From Dehalococcoidia bacterium (GTDB lineage Bacteria > Chloroflexota > Dehalococcoidia > Dehalococcoidales > UBA3254): a stretch of 64,000 nt of DNA. This document shows positions 30,374 to 40,879 of this stretch, in pieces; position 1 is the stretch's first letter; the number at the start of each line of letters is the position of its first letter. Under the pieces are notes generated by a model. The model made no database searches, had not been told where the DNA came from, and saw only the letters and a program-made list of their open reading frames with translations. The translations under genes and the position numbers were made by a program. The stretch spans positions 14,830 through 78,829 of the forward strand of contig JANYAV010000012.1 in assembly GCA_025361145.1 (NCBI GenBank), given 5' to 3'.

Positions 30374-31450
30374 TTATCTAGGAATAGCGCTGCCGGTATT
30401 GATAATATTGAAGATATCGTGATATGTGACCAGGACCATTAACCCGATCAGCAGAAAGAAACCGACCGTATGGATAATCGCCTCTGTTTTGGGTGATACA
30501 CGCTTGCCGCGTCTCAGCATTTCCAGTAGTACGAAAACAATTCTACCGCCGTCCAGGGCAGGAAGAGGTAGGAGGTTTACGATTCCAAGGTTGATACTGA
30601 TAAAAGCGGCAAACTCGATGACCGGGCTAATACCAGCCTTGGCTACAAGGCCCGTCATCTCTGCCATGCCGACCACCCCGGTAACCTGGGGGGTAGTGGC
30701 GCCGATGATCCACCGAATAATCTCGTTTTTAAACAGCACCAGTGTTTCACCGCATTCTTTTAAACCCAGTGAAAAAGCCTGCAGGAAAGGTGAACTGGTT
30801 TTGGTATACGTATACTCTTGTGTAACCTGGTAACCGATACCAAGTCCGGTAGTGCCCTGTCCCGCTGGCGGTTTCCACATCGGAGTTAACTCTATGGTTT
30901 CAAACGATGAATCGGCACGCTTAATAACCAGCTCAATCTTTTTATTCAAATTGAGCATTGTATTGCGCTGCATAACACCAGTATTGTCGATGGGGATACC
31001 GTTTATACTTACCAGTTGGTCTCCGGCAATCAGACCTGCTTTCTCAGACTGTGAACCCGGTAGAATCTCTGTAACCATTACGGGTGCTTTAGCGACATCA
31101 TGAGGAATCATAAAAGCTGCAGAGAGTAAAAGGAAAGGTAGTAACAGATTCATAACCGAACCAGCCGCCAGCACCAGTATACGGGTACCGTAACCCTTAC
31201 TGGCCAGACTGCGTTCGACTTTAGGGTCTTCTTCCCCGGCCAGTTTTACGAAACCGCCCAGCGGCAGAGCGTTAACCGAGTAAATCGTCTCCCCTCTCTT
31301 AACACCCCAGATTCGCGGAGGAAAACCCACCCCAAACTCTATCACTTTGACACCCCGGACCTTAGCCGTGATGAAATGCCCTAACTCGTGGGCCACTACC
31401 AATACGATCAGGACGATGATAAAAGTGATAATACCAATAAAAACGGACAT
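30374..31450 (-). CDS. rseP: Site-2 protease RseP (M50 zinc metalloprotease with PDZ domain)
   Basis: 358 aa. HELGHF zinc motif in TM1, a central PDZ domain, and a NLLPLPALDGG motif. Confidence 0.9.
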   Translation of the reverse strand: MSVFIGIITFIIVLIVLVVAHELGHFITAKVRGVKVIEFGVGFPPRIWGVKRGETIYSVNALPLGGFVKLAGEEDPKVERSLASKGYGTRILVLAAGSVMNLLLPFLLLSAAFMIPHDVAKAPVMVTEILPGSQSEKAGLIAGDQLVSINGIPIDNTGVMQRNTMLNLNKKIELVIKRADSSFETIELTPMWKPPAGQGTTGLGIGYQVTQEYTYTKTSSPFLQAFSLGLKECGETLVLFKNEIIRWIIGATTPQVTGVVGMAEMTGLVAKAGISPVIEFAAFISINLGIVNLLPLPALDGGRIVFVLLEMLRRGKRVSPKTEAIIHTVGFFLLIGLMVLVTYHDIFNIINTGSAIPR

Positions 31451-32616
31451 TAAGCCTCTCTCGCGGTCAGAATCCGGACCTGCGCTCTGGCCCAGCTATC
31501 CGCTGCATTAATATCTGCCAATTCAGGTCTGGAGTTATTGACATGCATATTCAGGGTTTTTTCTAAAAGGACGGGTATATCCGTAAAACCGATTTGTTTT
31601 TTCAAGAAAAGGTCGACAGCCGCTTCGTCTACCGCACAAAGCACGGCCGGGTATGTGCCACCCTGTTTGCCAGCCGCGATTGCCAGCTTCAAACAGGGGA
31701 AACGCTCATAATCAGGTTGTTCAAAGGACAGGCTCTGGATTTTATGCCAGTCCAATTTGGGCAGGGTAACATTATTCAGACGTTCAGGGTAAGTCAGCGC
31801 GAATTGAATCGGCAGGCGCATATCCGGATGGCTCAACTGGGCCTTGACCGAGCCGTCTGCCATCTCAATCATAGAATGAACGATGCTCTGAGGATGAACC
31901 AGAATGTCGATTTTCTCATATGGCATATCGAAAAGCCAGTGAGCTTCAATCACTTCCAGGCCTTTGTTCATTAAAGTAGCAGAATCAATGGTCACTTTAC
32001 GGCCCATCTGCCAGGAGGGATGTTTGAGAGCTTGTTCTACAGTTACACCGGCTAATTGTTCTAGTGTGTAGCGCAGAAAAGGCCCTCCCGAGGCAGTCAG
32101 AATTAATCGGGCGGGCTTCTGAGCTTCTCCGTTCATACACTGCCAGATGGCGCTGTGCTCACTGTCTACAGGCAAAATCCAGCCCTGATGCTTCTTCATC
32201 TCGGCCAGAATGATCTCCCCTGCGGTAACCAGAGGTTCCTTGTTGGCCAGAGCTATTTTTTTATCGGCCTTGATAGCGGCCAGTATTGGATTTAATCCGG
32301 CTTGTCCGGATGTGGCTCCTACTACGATATCCACCTTCTCATGAGAGGCCATCTCTTCCATTGAAACCAGTCGTGAGCCTTCGATTTTAGTTCGACCGCT
32401 CTGATTCAAGAAGTAAACCATCTCAGGTTTAAATTCAGCGGCTTGTTGCTGCAGCAGGTTAAAATTTTTACCTGCCGCTAACCCAACCACTTTAAAATGC
32501 TGAGGTAGAGCCCGCACTATTTCCAGCGTTTGCTGTCCGATAGAACCGGTTGAACCCAGGATGGCCAATCGTTTGATAGATTCAGAAAATTCAGGCATAT
32601 TATAACCATCATACAA
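31450..32616 (-). CDS. dxr: 1-deoxy-D-xylulose-5-phosphate reductoisomerase
   Basis: LAILGSTGSIG NADPH motif, LANKE, and DSEHSAIWQC. The start could instead be the second ATG at 32598. Confidence 0.93.
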   Translation of the reverse strand: MYDGYNMPEFSESIKRLAILGSTGSIGQQTLEIVRALPQHFKVVGLAAGKNFNLLQQQAAEFKPEMVYFLNQSGRTKIEGSRLVSMEEMASHEKVDIVVGATSGQAGLNPILAAIKADKKIALANKEPLVTAGEIILAEMKKHQGWILPVDSEHSAIWQCMNGEAQKPARLILTASGGPFLRYTLEQLAGVTVEQALKHPSWQMGRKVTIDSATLMNKGLEVIEAHWLFDMPYEKIDILVHPQSIVHSMIEMADGSVKAQLSHPDMRLPIQFALTYPERLNNVTLPKLDWHKIQSLSFEQPDYERFPCLKLAIAAGKQGGTYPAVLCAVDEAAVDLFLKKQIGFTDIPVLLEKTLNMHVNNSRPELADINAADSWARAQVRILTAREA

Positions 32617-32696
32617 TAAATTTGACCTGCTTGCAGATACGAAATTTCAGTCAGGAGAATTTTAGATAAGTGAAAACTTGAAAATGGGCGGAATAA

Positions 32697-33245
32697 ATGA
32701 TTAAAATAGAATCAGCAAAAGGAATATTCATGGTAGATCACCCTTGTTTAGTGTTGAATCAAAGTTATGAACCGCTAAACGTCTGCCGTGCCAGGCGCGC
32801 TATAAACATGATTATCTCCGGCAAAGCAGAAATGCTGGAGAATGGCGCAGGATATATCCACACCGCGAACACTATTTTCCCCATTCCTTCAGTTATCAAA
32901 TTGGCTTATCTGGTTAAAAGGCCCCGCCCCCAACCCAAACTGACCCGCGTTGAGATTTTTAACAGGGATCATTATACCTGCCAATACTGCGGCAAGATCA
33001 GTAATCAATTGACTCTGGATCATGTGATACCACGTTATCAGAGTGGCCGTCATACGTGGGAGAATCTGGTAAGCGCTTGTGGCCCCTGTAACCGCAAAAA
33101 GGCAGGGCGAACGCCTGAACAAGCTAATATGAGTCTTCATAAAGCCCCGGTACGCCCGGCTGGCAATATTTACTTAAATATTCCTATTAACTTTATACAA
33201 AGTCAAAGCCACTGGCAGAAGTATTTGCCCAATTTAGCGCGCTAA
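32697..33245 (+). CDS. HNH endonuclease-domain protein
   Basis: CQYCG...LTLDHVIPRYQSGRHTWENLVSACGPCNRKK (HNH with a zinc-finger frame). The start could be ATG 32730. Confidence 0.85.
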   Translation: MIKIESAKGIFMVDHPCLVLNQSYEPLNVCRARRAINMIISGKAEMLENGAGYIHTANTIFPIPSVIKLAYLVKRPRPQPKLTRVEIFNRDHYTCQYCGKISNQLTLDHVIPRYQSGRHTWENLVSACGPCNRKKAGRTPEQANMSLHKAPVRPAGNIYLNIPINFIQSQSHWQKYLPNLAR

Positions 33246-33265
33246 GAAATCATATCTTTAAAACG

Positions 33266-33297
33266 AAAAACCCTTCTCTGGTTTGAGAAGGGTTTTT
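33266..33297. terminator. Bidirectional hairpin terminator
   Basis: Stem aaaaacccttctc/gagaagggttttt, lying between convergent genes. Confidence 0.75.
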
Positions 33298-33317
33298 AAT
33301 TAACTCAAGGTTATTAA

Positions 33318-34424
33318 CTAGGCCTGAGGTTTTTCTTCTAGTTTAGGAGCTTCAGTTGGGATAGTTGGAGGCAGATTTTCAGGAGTTGCCTGGTTATGTA
33401 GCGGAGCAGCCGGCGCTACCACGGCAGGCGGCAAAGCGTTCGGTTTAATTTCCAGAGCAACAGGTGGTTTAATAACAACTGACTTTTCAATAACCGCGCC
33501 GGCAGGGGTTTCAGGCTGATTGACAGGCGCGGCAGGCGGGGGTGCGTTCATCACCGGTTTATGGTCTGTTGCGGTGTCGCCGAGATGGGTAGTTTCAGTT
33601 ATTTTGGGTGGAATAACCACTGGCGCATCTATTACCTTGATTTGGGCGACGGGGAATTCCGCTCTGGTCTGGCTATCCAGGTCCACCATTACGCTCTCTT
33701 TGAGGGGATAAATACCGGTTATCCAGCCATCACCTGAAGGAGTGCTGACCCGCTGTCCTCTCTTGGGCATTTCGGCCTTGATGTCATGATACATACTGCT
33801 TTCGTAAGCCAGGCAGCACTGCAGACGACCACAAACGCCTGAAATTTTCATGGGATCCAGCGGCAGGTCTTGTTCTTTAGCCATCTTGATTGAGACCGGG
33901 TTGAATTCTGTGAGATAACTGCTGCAGCAAAGCAGTCGACCGCATCTGCCCATTCCGCCGATCATTTTAGCCTGGTCACGGGGGCCGATTTGACGCAGTT
34001 CAATACGGCTCTTGAAAAAGCTAGTAAGCTCCCTGACCAATTCGCGGAAATCCACCCGCTCATCGGCGGTAAAATAAAAGGTCAAGCGGGAACCATCCAG
34101 ATTATATTCGGCTATAACCAGTTTCATGGGCAGGTTCATTCGCAGAACAATCTTGTTGCATTCTGTCAGGGCAAAGTTTTCTTTAGCTGCGTAATCCTGA
34201 GCGCGTTTGAGGTCTTCCTCAGTGGCTTTGCGCACAATGGATTTCAATTCAGCAGTAATATCAGCAGCCAATATCTGTTTTGGAGCAATGGTGACCTGTC
34301 CAAGTTCTACACCGCGGGCGGTTTGTACTACCACATGGTCGTAAACTTTGAGTTCGATGCCGGCGGGGTCGAAATAGTACACTTTCCCGGCCATTTTAAA
34401 ACGTACTCCGACAATATCAGGCAT
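33318..34424 (-). CDS. PSP1-domain protein (RicT/YaaT-like) with a long Pro/Ala/Val-rich C-terminal tail
   Basis: The PSP1 core has Cys clusters (GRCGRLLCC, GVCGRLQCC). It sits downstream of holB, as in the Bacillus holB-yaaT arrangement. Confidence 0.85.
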   Translation of the reverse strand: MPDIVGVRFKMAGKVYYFDPAGIELKVYDHVVVQTARGVELGQVTIAPKQILAADITAELKSIVRKATEEDLKRAQDYAAKENFALTECNKIVLRMNLPMKLVIAEYNLDGSRLTFYFTADERVDFRELVRELTSFFKSRIELRQIGPRDQAKMIGGMGRCGRLLCCSSYLTEFNPVSIKMAKEQDLPLDPMKISGVCGRLQCCLAYESSMYHDIKAEMPKRGQRVSTPSGDGWITGIYPLKESVMVDLDSQTRAEFPVAQIKVIDAPVVIPPKITETTHLGDTATDHKPVMNAPPPAAPVNQPETPAGAVIEKSVVIKPPVALEIKPNALPPAVVAPAAPLHNQATPENLPPTIPTEAPKLEEKPQA

Positions 34425-34437
34425 TTCTCACCTCTAA

Positions 34438-35475
34438 TTAAGCCCCGGGGGCTGTGGTTTCCGGGACTTTGGGGATATTTAACATAAGGGCTTCCAGCAC
34501 CAGACGAGAGTTAGCGTTCTGCTTGAGCTGTACTCCCGCTTCCCGAATATATTTTATGACGGCGTTTATTTGAAAGAGTGTATAAGTCCTGGCCATTTCA
34601 GCCAGAGCAGGCTCGAAATCAAGGCTAATAATATCACTATGGCAACCAGTTTTGGCCAGAAGTATGTCACGCCACCAACCGGCCCACGTATCCAGTGTTT
34701 CATATACCGCTTCCCTCTTTTTTGCGAACTGCTGGGCAATTATTGAAGCAGCCGCAAAACGTTCGCTATAACCACCTTTAACGATGGTCTGCATTTTTTC
34801 AAACTGGGCGCTACGTTCAGCCGGTAAATCGGACTTGTGGGAGGCTTCCACCGCCCAACCCAGGCAACCATGACTGAGTCTAGCCAGCAGGAGAGCTTTC
34901 TCAGGTTCTATTTGCCAGCGCTCATTAAGCGCTTTTTCTATCTCGAGGGTCTTCAAGCGTGCCAGTTTCAGCTTTTGACAGCGTGAAACCACCGTTATAG
35001 GAATCAGGCCGCTGTTAGCCGTTAAAAGGATAAAGATGATTTTACCGATAGGTTCCTCCAGCGTTTTCAGGAGGCGGTTAGCGGCTTCCATCGATAAATT
35101 GGAAGCCTCATCGATAATATAGACCCGATAGTAGCCTTCAAAGGGCGGCAAGCTGGCAGAGTGCAGCATGTCTTTGATCAGGTCAATACCGATCTCGGTC
35201 TTTTCCTTAGAATCATCCGAACCGTTCTGGTTGAGGGAAAGAACCTGGACGTCTGAGTGTCTACCGGCGGCGATCTTTTTACAAGCAACGCATTCGCCGC
35301 AAGGTTTTTTATCAGGCTCTGCCCGGCAATTGAGTGCCATGGCGATATCAATCGCGATAGTCATTTTGCCGATATGCGGAGGGCCTACCAATAAATAGGC
35401 ATGGGATAAACCGCCCCGTTTTATAGCGCGCTGTAAAAGCTCAATTGTCCCTGAATGTCCAATGGTCTGCCACAT
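34438..35475 (-). CDS. holB: DNA polymerase III subunit delta'
   Basis: 345 aa. LSHAYLLVGPPHIGK P-loop-like motif, CGECVACKK zinc module, and a clamp-loader AAA+ fold. Confidence 0.85.
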   Translation of the reverse strand: MWQTIGHSGTIELLQRAIKRGGLSHAYLLVGPPHIGKMTIAIDIAMALNCRAEPDKKPCGECVACKKIAAGRHSDVQVLSLNQNGSDDSKEKTEIGIDLIKDMLHSASLPPFEGYYRVYIIDEASNLSMEAANRLLKTLEEPIGKIIFILLTANSGLIPITVVSRCQKLKLARLKTLEIEKALNERWQIEPEKALLLARLSHGCLGWAVEASHKSDLPAERSAQFEKMQTIVKGGYSERFAAASIIAQQFAKKREAVYETLDTWAGWWRDILLAKTGCHSDIISLDFEPALAEMARTYTLFQINAVIKYIREAGVQLKQNANSRLVLEALMLNIPKVPETTAPGA

Positions 35476-35666
35476 AATTAGTAATTAGTATTTAGTGTTT
35501 AAAATTTTGAAATTGATTATAATTTTGATTTCACTAGCCACTGTCTCAATGTTACCAGCGCACCTTATTGAAGTCAATTATATAGAGAAGTTGTTTGTCC
35601 TCGTAATTTGCCCTGATTGCCGTCAAATCACTATAATGCTCTTAGGCTTTGGAAAGGAGTAAATGA

Positions 35667-36446
35667 GTGGCACAGGGTGAAATTCAGGAATTTACATATC
35701 TAGTAGACATAATCGCTAAATTACGCGGACCGGAGGGATGTCCCTGGGACAAGGAACAGACCCACAGCTCATTAAAAGAGTTTCTGCTACAAGAGACATA
35801 TGAAGTCCTAGACGCCCTTGATGAAGGCAAAGATTCGAAACTGCAAGAAGAACTGGGCGATTTACTTTTACAAATTGTGCTGCATGCTCAGATTGCTGCT
35901 GAAGCCGGGCAATTCGATATTAAGGATGTTATCAATGACATCAATACCAAGCTAATAAGGCGCCATCCTCATGTTTTCAAAGATACTAAGGTTTCCAGCG
36001 CTGACGAAGTTATTCGTAACTGGGAAAAGATCAAAAAGACCGAACGCCATCCCGAAACCTCCATTCTGGCCAGTGTGCCGAAACAAATGCCTGCTCTGGC
36101 CTACAGCCAGGAAATTCAGCGCAGGGTTGCTCAGATAGGCTTCGACTGGGAAAATATTGATGGCGTGATCGATAAGCTGGTTGAAGAGGTCAAGGAATAC
36201 AAAGAGACGGAAAATAAGACGGAACGGGAAGATGAATTCGGCGATCTTCTTTTCACCCTGGTTAATATCGCCCGGCGGGTGGAGATTGAACCGGAAGTGG
36301 CTTTAAGGCAGGCCAACCGCAAGTTCCTCACCCGTTTTTCCAGCATGGAGAAGCTGTGTTATGAGAGGGGATTGGAATTGGGCAAGCTCTCTTTCGATCA
36401 GCAAAATCAACTCTGGGAAGAGGCCAAAAAGCTAAACAAATCCTAG
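35667..36446 (+). CDS. mazG: Nucleoside triphosphate pyrophosphohydrolase MazG
   Basis: 259 aa with two MazG repeats (CPWDKEQTHSSL...EELGDLLLQ and EFGDLLFTLVN). Confidence 0.9.
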   Translation: MAQGEIQEFTYLVDIIAKLRGPEGCPWDKEQTHSSLKEFLLQETYEVLDALDEGKDSKLQEELGDLLLQIVLHAQIAAEAGQFDIKDVINDINTKLIRRHPHVFKDTKVSSADEVIRNWEKIKKTERHPETSILASVPKQMPALAYSQEIQRRVAQIGFDWENIDGVIDKLVEEVKEYKETENKTEREDEFGDLLFTLVNIARRVEIEPEVALRQANRKFLTRFSSMEKLCYERGLELGKLSFDQQNQLWEEAKKLNKS

Positions 36447-36516
36447 AAATTGCAGCAGTAGTTTCCTCAGACGCTTCAACGTGAGTCTCTTGAATAATCC
36501 TGAAAATAGCAATATA

Positions 36517-36537
36517 ATAGTTAATATAATTAACTAT
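36517..36537. promoter_or_regulatory. Perfect 9-3-9 palindrome, a putative MarR operator
   Basis: atagttaat-ata-attaactat, lying 18 nt upstream of the marR-family start codon. Confidence 0.5.
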
Positions 36538-36554
36538 TAATAAGATGAACTACC

Positions 36555-37007
36555 ATGACTAAAATAGATAGAAATATAATCGATAATATCGGTGAAGACA
36601 TTATCGCGATTATGCCTGTCATACATAAAAAACTGATTAATTTTGTGGATGAAGGGGTTGAGCTTGATCTTTCCCATTATCACTTTGCCATTTTGGGTAT
36701 GTTAAGCAAATCTAATGCGCTGCCGGTTTCTGAGATAGGGCGGCGTTTACTGATATCCAAACCCCAGATGACCGCCATGCTGAATAAACTGTCTGATCTT
36801 GGGCTGGTTACCAGGAGCCAGAGTCCGCAAGACAGACGTATCGTGTATATATCTATTACACCTGATGGAGAAAAAGGACTGGTTCAGGCACGGGAAAAGA
36901 TCAAAAAAAATCTGGCAGTAAAATTAGCTGGTTTATCTGAGGCTGATTTGGAGGCTTTCTCCGCAGCTTTGAAAAAAATTAATGAAGTCGGTTCAAAGAT
37001 AGAATAA
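36555..37007 (+). CDS. MarR-family transcriptional regulator
   Basis: 150 aa. Winged helix-turn-helix (LPVSEIGRRLLISKPQMTAMLNKLSDLGLV, DRR wing). Confidence 0.88.
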   Translation: MTKIDRNIIDNIGEDIIAIMPVIHKKLINFVDEGVELDLSHYHFAILGMLSKSNALPVSEIGRRLLISKPQMTAMLNKLSDLGLVTRSQSPQDRRIVYISITPDGEKGLVQAREKIKKNLAVKLAGLSEADLEAFSAALKKINEVGSKIE

Positions 37008-37026
37008 AAAACTAAGGGGTGCATGT

Positions 37027-38601
37027 ATGGTTCGCTCAACTTCGGCAACTCCTGCGAACAGCAGAAGAAAATGGTTGGTGCTGGCGGTTATCTCATTCGC
37101 GCTATTTATGATTCTATTGGATGTCACAATTGTTAATATAGCTTTACCGCACGTGATGAATTCACTAAAGGTTGGGTTAGCGGATGTAGAATGGGTGATA
37201 AATGTTTACACCCTGGTTTTTGCGGTTCTGTTGCTTACTCTAGGTAAATTAGGTGATCTTTTCGGACGTAAACGCCTCTTCATGGCCGGCCTGGCGGTCT
37301 TTACTTTGGCGTCTCTGGGTTGCAGCCTGGCTCCTAACCTGGCTGTTTTGGTAACAGCCAGAGCAATTCAGGCCATCGGCAGCGCGGGCATGATGCCGGC
37401 CACTCTTTCAATATTGAATGTGGAATTTGATAAAGGTCAGCGGGGATTGGCGCTAGGAGTTTGGGGAGCGATTTCCGGCGCGGCCGTTGCGCTTGGCCCC
37501 ATCATTGGCGGGGCGCTGGTAGATGCCTTTTCCTGGCGGTACATTTTTATCATCAACATACCCATCGGTATAATTGCCTTCATTGCGGCTATGCTGATTA
37601 TTCGCGAGTCGAAAGATCCTAATGTGGAGCGCCACATCGATATCCCGGGTGTGCTTTTAATTTCCGCGGCGCTGTTCTGCCTGACCTTTGCTTTTATAGA
37701 AGGCCAGAGATACGGATGGACTTCTGTAACAATATTAAGTCTTTTTGCTGGTGCAATAGTGGGTCTGGTGGCCTTCGTCATCCTGGAGTTAAAAACAGCC
37801 AGGCCTCTAGCCCAGCTGCGTTTATTTAAAAACCGCACCTACGCGGCCGGTAATTTCATTGGAATAGTGATTAATTTTGGTTTAATCGGAGTAATCTTCC
37901 TGGTGGTGCTGTATTTACAGATCGTATTAGGGCTAAAAGCTCTTCAAGCCGGTTTGTGGCTTTTACCCATGCCATTGATGATAATGCTGGTCGCGCCTAA
38001 TGCAGGACGTTTGACCGATAAGCTAGGAGGCCGCTGGATTTTGCTGGCTGGTACGCTGATTTCGGCTGTGGGTATTTTCTTGTTATCTAGAATGTCTAAC
38101 ATCACCAGCTGGACGGATATGCTCTTGCCTCTATTGGTTGCTGGTGCAGGATTGGGATTAGTCATGGCTCCGGTGACCACCATTGTGATGGCCAGTACAC
38201 CTGTACAACAATCCGGCATGGGAGCGGGGATATTGTCTACCACCCGTCAGATAGGATCGGTGATGGGCATTGCGGTACTGGGTGCCATAGTGCAGAACCA
38301 GTTGGTTTCTAACGTTACTTCCGCTCTGGCAAAAATACCGCAGTTGCCTGGTGCTATTCGCGATCAGATCGCGCTGGGGCTGGCTACAGGAAATATGAGC
38401 ATGGGTGGTTTTAATAGTGCGGGTAATTTACCTCCCGCGCTGGTCCAACAACTAACTGAACTTTTTAAGACCCAGTTTGCTAACAGCCTTAGCACAGCTA
38501 TGAGAGTGGGCATGCTGATCGTCTTGCTGGGGTCAGTATCCGCATTATTTATTGCTAACCATGTCAAGAAAGCCAAAGCAGATGAAAAACCCTCTGCCTG
38601 A
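37027..38601 (+). CDS. MFS drug:H+ antiporter, DHA2/EmrB-type (14 TM)
   Basis: 524 aa. LDVTIVNIALP motif and GKLGDLFGRKR motif. Coupled to marR. Confidence 0.88.
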   Translation: MVRSTSATPANSRRKWLVLAVISFALFMILLDVTIVNIALPHVMNSLKVGLADVEWVINVYTLVFAVLLLTLGKLGDLFGRKRLFMAGLAVFTLASLGCSLAPNLAVLVTARAIQAIGSAGMMPATLSILNVEFDKGQRGLALGVWGAISGAAVALGPIIGGALVDAFSWRYIFIINIPIGIIAFIAAMLIIRESKDPNVERHIDIPGVLLISAALFCLTFAFIEGQRYGWTSVTILSLFAGAIVGLVAFVILELKTARPLAQLRLFKNRTYAAGNFIGIVINFGLIGVIFLVVLYLQIVLGLKALQAGLWLLPMPLMIMLVAPNAGRLTDKLGGRWILLAGTLISAVGIFLLSRMSNITSWTDMLLPLLVAGAGLGLVMAPVTTIVMASTPVQQSGMGAGILSTTRQIGSVMGIAVLGAIVQNQLVSNVTSALAKIPQLPGAIRDQIALGLATGNMSMGGFNSAGNLPPALVQQLTELFKTQFANSLSTAMRVGMLIVLLGSVSALFIANHVKKAKADEKPSA

Positions 38602-38618
38602 TCGGTTTCCGAAGAATG

Positions 38619-38654
38619 AAAGAGGCATTAGATCGATCTAAGGCCTCTTTTTTA
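38619..38654 (+). terminator. Rho-independent terminator
   Basis: Long hairpin aaagaggc-attagatc/gatctaag-gcctcttt, followed by T tail. Confidence 0.7.
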
Positions 38655-38669
38655 TTTGCTTTGGCGTCT

Positions 38670-39941
38670 TTAGCTACACTTACAGTGGCTTGGTGGATTT
38701 GATTGATCTTTGGGTTGTTGCCATCGGACAAAAGTGAGTACGATATACATCAGTGAAAAGCACATGATCGCAACAGCCAGGGTTGCGTAAATGTAATCCG
38801 GCAGTATGCGCTCCGCTAGTCCAAAGCGGGCTAAGATCGGGTTGACCCAGGGAAAGTGTGGGTCCCAGTCGTTGAACCAGAAGGGCATATTATTAAACCA
38901 GAGCCATGTGGCAGGCAGAAACGCCAGTGCCAGAGCGAATATTCTCTCGCTTCGGTAAGTCGTCCGCGAAGCTTGCAGAATAGCCAGAGGAATATAGATC
39001 ACAAGGTATTGGTAGTTCACCCGATAAAACAGGCTGATAAAGAGAAGAAAACCGATGAGCGCTGCCTGCAGCGGAGTTATAGCTTTCTTGAAGGCCAATA
39101 TCCCTGTAATTATTAAGGCAATAACGAGTAATGGTGTACAGAATTTCAGCAAACCGCTAATCTCCCAACCAAAACTATTATGCAGTTGGGTAACCAGAGC
39201 GCCAATACCGCTAAAAGCAAAGACCAGAGGGTCTTGATAACCGGGGACTGACAATGGGAAAACAATTGAACGGGCATAAGAATAGAAATTGCCGGTTATC
39301 AGAAAAGGAATAGAGAAGAGTACGACTACCCCCACCAAAATCGAGCAATTAGTAAGCAGTCGGCATTTTGTCATCTGTTTGGCGCAGACGACCAGCATCA
39401 GAGCGACTGGAATCAGAGTGTGCTGTTTAGTCATCACGGCCAGGCCAGCTAATAGAAATGCGATGCGGTCCTTATTTCTTATAAGCATGATTACGGAAGC
39501 TAGCAGAAAAGTAGCAGCAATAGCATCAAACTGGCCGAAGACAGCAGATTCATACCAGGCGGTGGGATGAAATAGCCAGAGACAGGCAAAGAGCAACTTG
39601 CGCCATTTTGAACCGGGGACAGCCCAGAAGATGAGAAGGCTGATGGCCAGATCCGCTGCAATAATAGGGAATTTCTCAGCTATTCTCCATCTGGAGTCTA
39701 TCAGGTGGCCTGAAGATAAACTCGGGGGAACAAAGATAAGGGCCAGGCCCAATATCAGAAGCCAGACTGGCGGATAGAGAAAACCCCAGCCTTGATATGG
39801 GAAAATGGGCAGGCTAGCATCAGCGAATCTGTAGAAATCCAGTCCATGATCATGAAAGACTTTAGCGAAAGCCCAAAATTGGGGAACATCTGGTCCAGTA
39901 GAAAAAGGCGCAGCCCAGAACCGGATAAAGGCAGCCAGCAA
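38670..39941 (-). CDS. Polytopic membrane glycosyltransferase-like protein (GT-C/DUF2029-like); N-terminus uncertain
   Basis: 423 aa, with about 10 or more TM helices and aromatic-rich loops. The TTG start cuts a predicted first TM helix. Confidence 0.5.
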   Translation of the reverse strand: MLAAFIRFWAAPFSTGPDVPQFWAFAKVFHDHGLDFYRFADASLPIFPYQGWGFLYPPVWLLILGLALIFVPPSLSSGHLIDSRWRIAEKFPIIAADLAISLLIFWAVPGSKWRKLLFACLWLFHPTAWYESAVFGQFDAIAATFLLASVIMLIRNKDRIAFLLAGLAVMTKQHTLIPVALMLVVCAKQMTKCRLLTNCSILVGVVVLFSIPFLITGNFYSYARSIVFPLSVPGYQDPLVFAFSGIGALVTQLHNSFGWEISGLLKFCTPLLVIALIITGILAFKKAITPLQAALIGFLLFISLFYRVNYQYLVIYIPLAILQASRTTYRSERIFALALAFLPATWLWFNNMPFWFNDWDPHFPWVNPILARFGLAERILPDYIYATLAVAIMCFSLMYIVLTFVRWQQPKDQSNPPSHCKCS

Positions 39942-39985
39942 TAAGGCTAAAACCAGGGCAGCAACATAACATATTTTGTTTTTGT

Positions 39986-40732
39986 TTATTTAGCTTTCCC
40001 CTGTTTGGCTACCGCTTCAGCGGCTTTTTGGATTTCCTCCGGGTCGCCCAGATAATAATGGCGGATAGGTTTGAGATTATGGTCCAACTCATATACCAAC
40101 GGTATCCCGGTAGGGATATTCAGACCTACTATTTCCGTTTCTGGGATGTTGTCCAGGTATTTAATCATGGCCCGCAGGCTGTTGCCGTGGGCGACGATAA
40201 TCAGCTTATGTCTGGATTTGAGAGCAGGAGCCAGAGTATCGTTCCAGAAGGGTACTACGCGGGCGATGGTGTCTTTGAGGCTTTCAGTTTGAGGTAGTTC
40301 AGCAGGTTTGAGCTGGGCATAGCGCGGATCATGTCCCGGATACCTGGCATCTTTTTTCTCAAGTGCAGGCGGTTGGACATCAAAACTGCGGCGCCAGATC
40401 AAGACCTGCTTTTCGCCGTATTGTGCAGCCATTTCAGCCTTGTTCAAACCCTGCAAAGCGCCATAATGCCTTTCATTTAATTTCCAGGAGCGGTAGACAG
40501 GAATCCACATCAGATCCATTTCATCCAGGGTGATCCAGAGGGTACGGATAGCCCTTTTTAAGACTGAAGTATAGGCGTTATCGAAAATATAGCCCTGTTC
40601 TTTCAAAATTTGCCCGGCCTTACGGGCCTCTTCTTTACCCTTGTCAGACAAGTCTACATCTGTCCAACCGGTAAAGCGGTTCTCTTTATTCCAGAGACTC
40701 TCCCCGTGTCTAAGCAGTACCAGTTTAATCAT
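39986..40732 (-). CDS. gpmA: 2,3-bisphosphoglycerate-dependent phosphoglycerate mutase
   Basis: [20 protein letters not shown] catalytic His motif. 248 aa. Confidence 0.95.
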   Translation of the reverse strand: MIKLVLLRHGESLWNKENRFTGWTDVDLSDKGKEEARKAGQILKEQGYIFDNAYTSVLKRAIRTLWITLDEMDLMWIPVYRSWKLNERHYGALQGLNKAEMAAQYGEKQVLIWRRSFDVQPPALEKKDARYPGHDPRYAQLKPAELPQTESLKDTIARVVPFWNDTLAPALKSRHKLIIVAHGNSLRAMIKYLDNIPETEIVGLNIPTGIPLVYELDHNLKPIRHYYLGDPEEIQKAAEAVAKQGKAK

Positions 40733-40879
40733 GATGTTCTCCCGCTGCTAAATTTTATACGTTCATTATTTTAGCGCATTATGAGGGGTTTGTCTGCTGC
40801 GATATCTCCTAATCATAAATTAATTTATAATGAATGCTAAGTACTAAGTCAGAGAAACAAGAATAGGGAGGTTTTAAAA

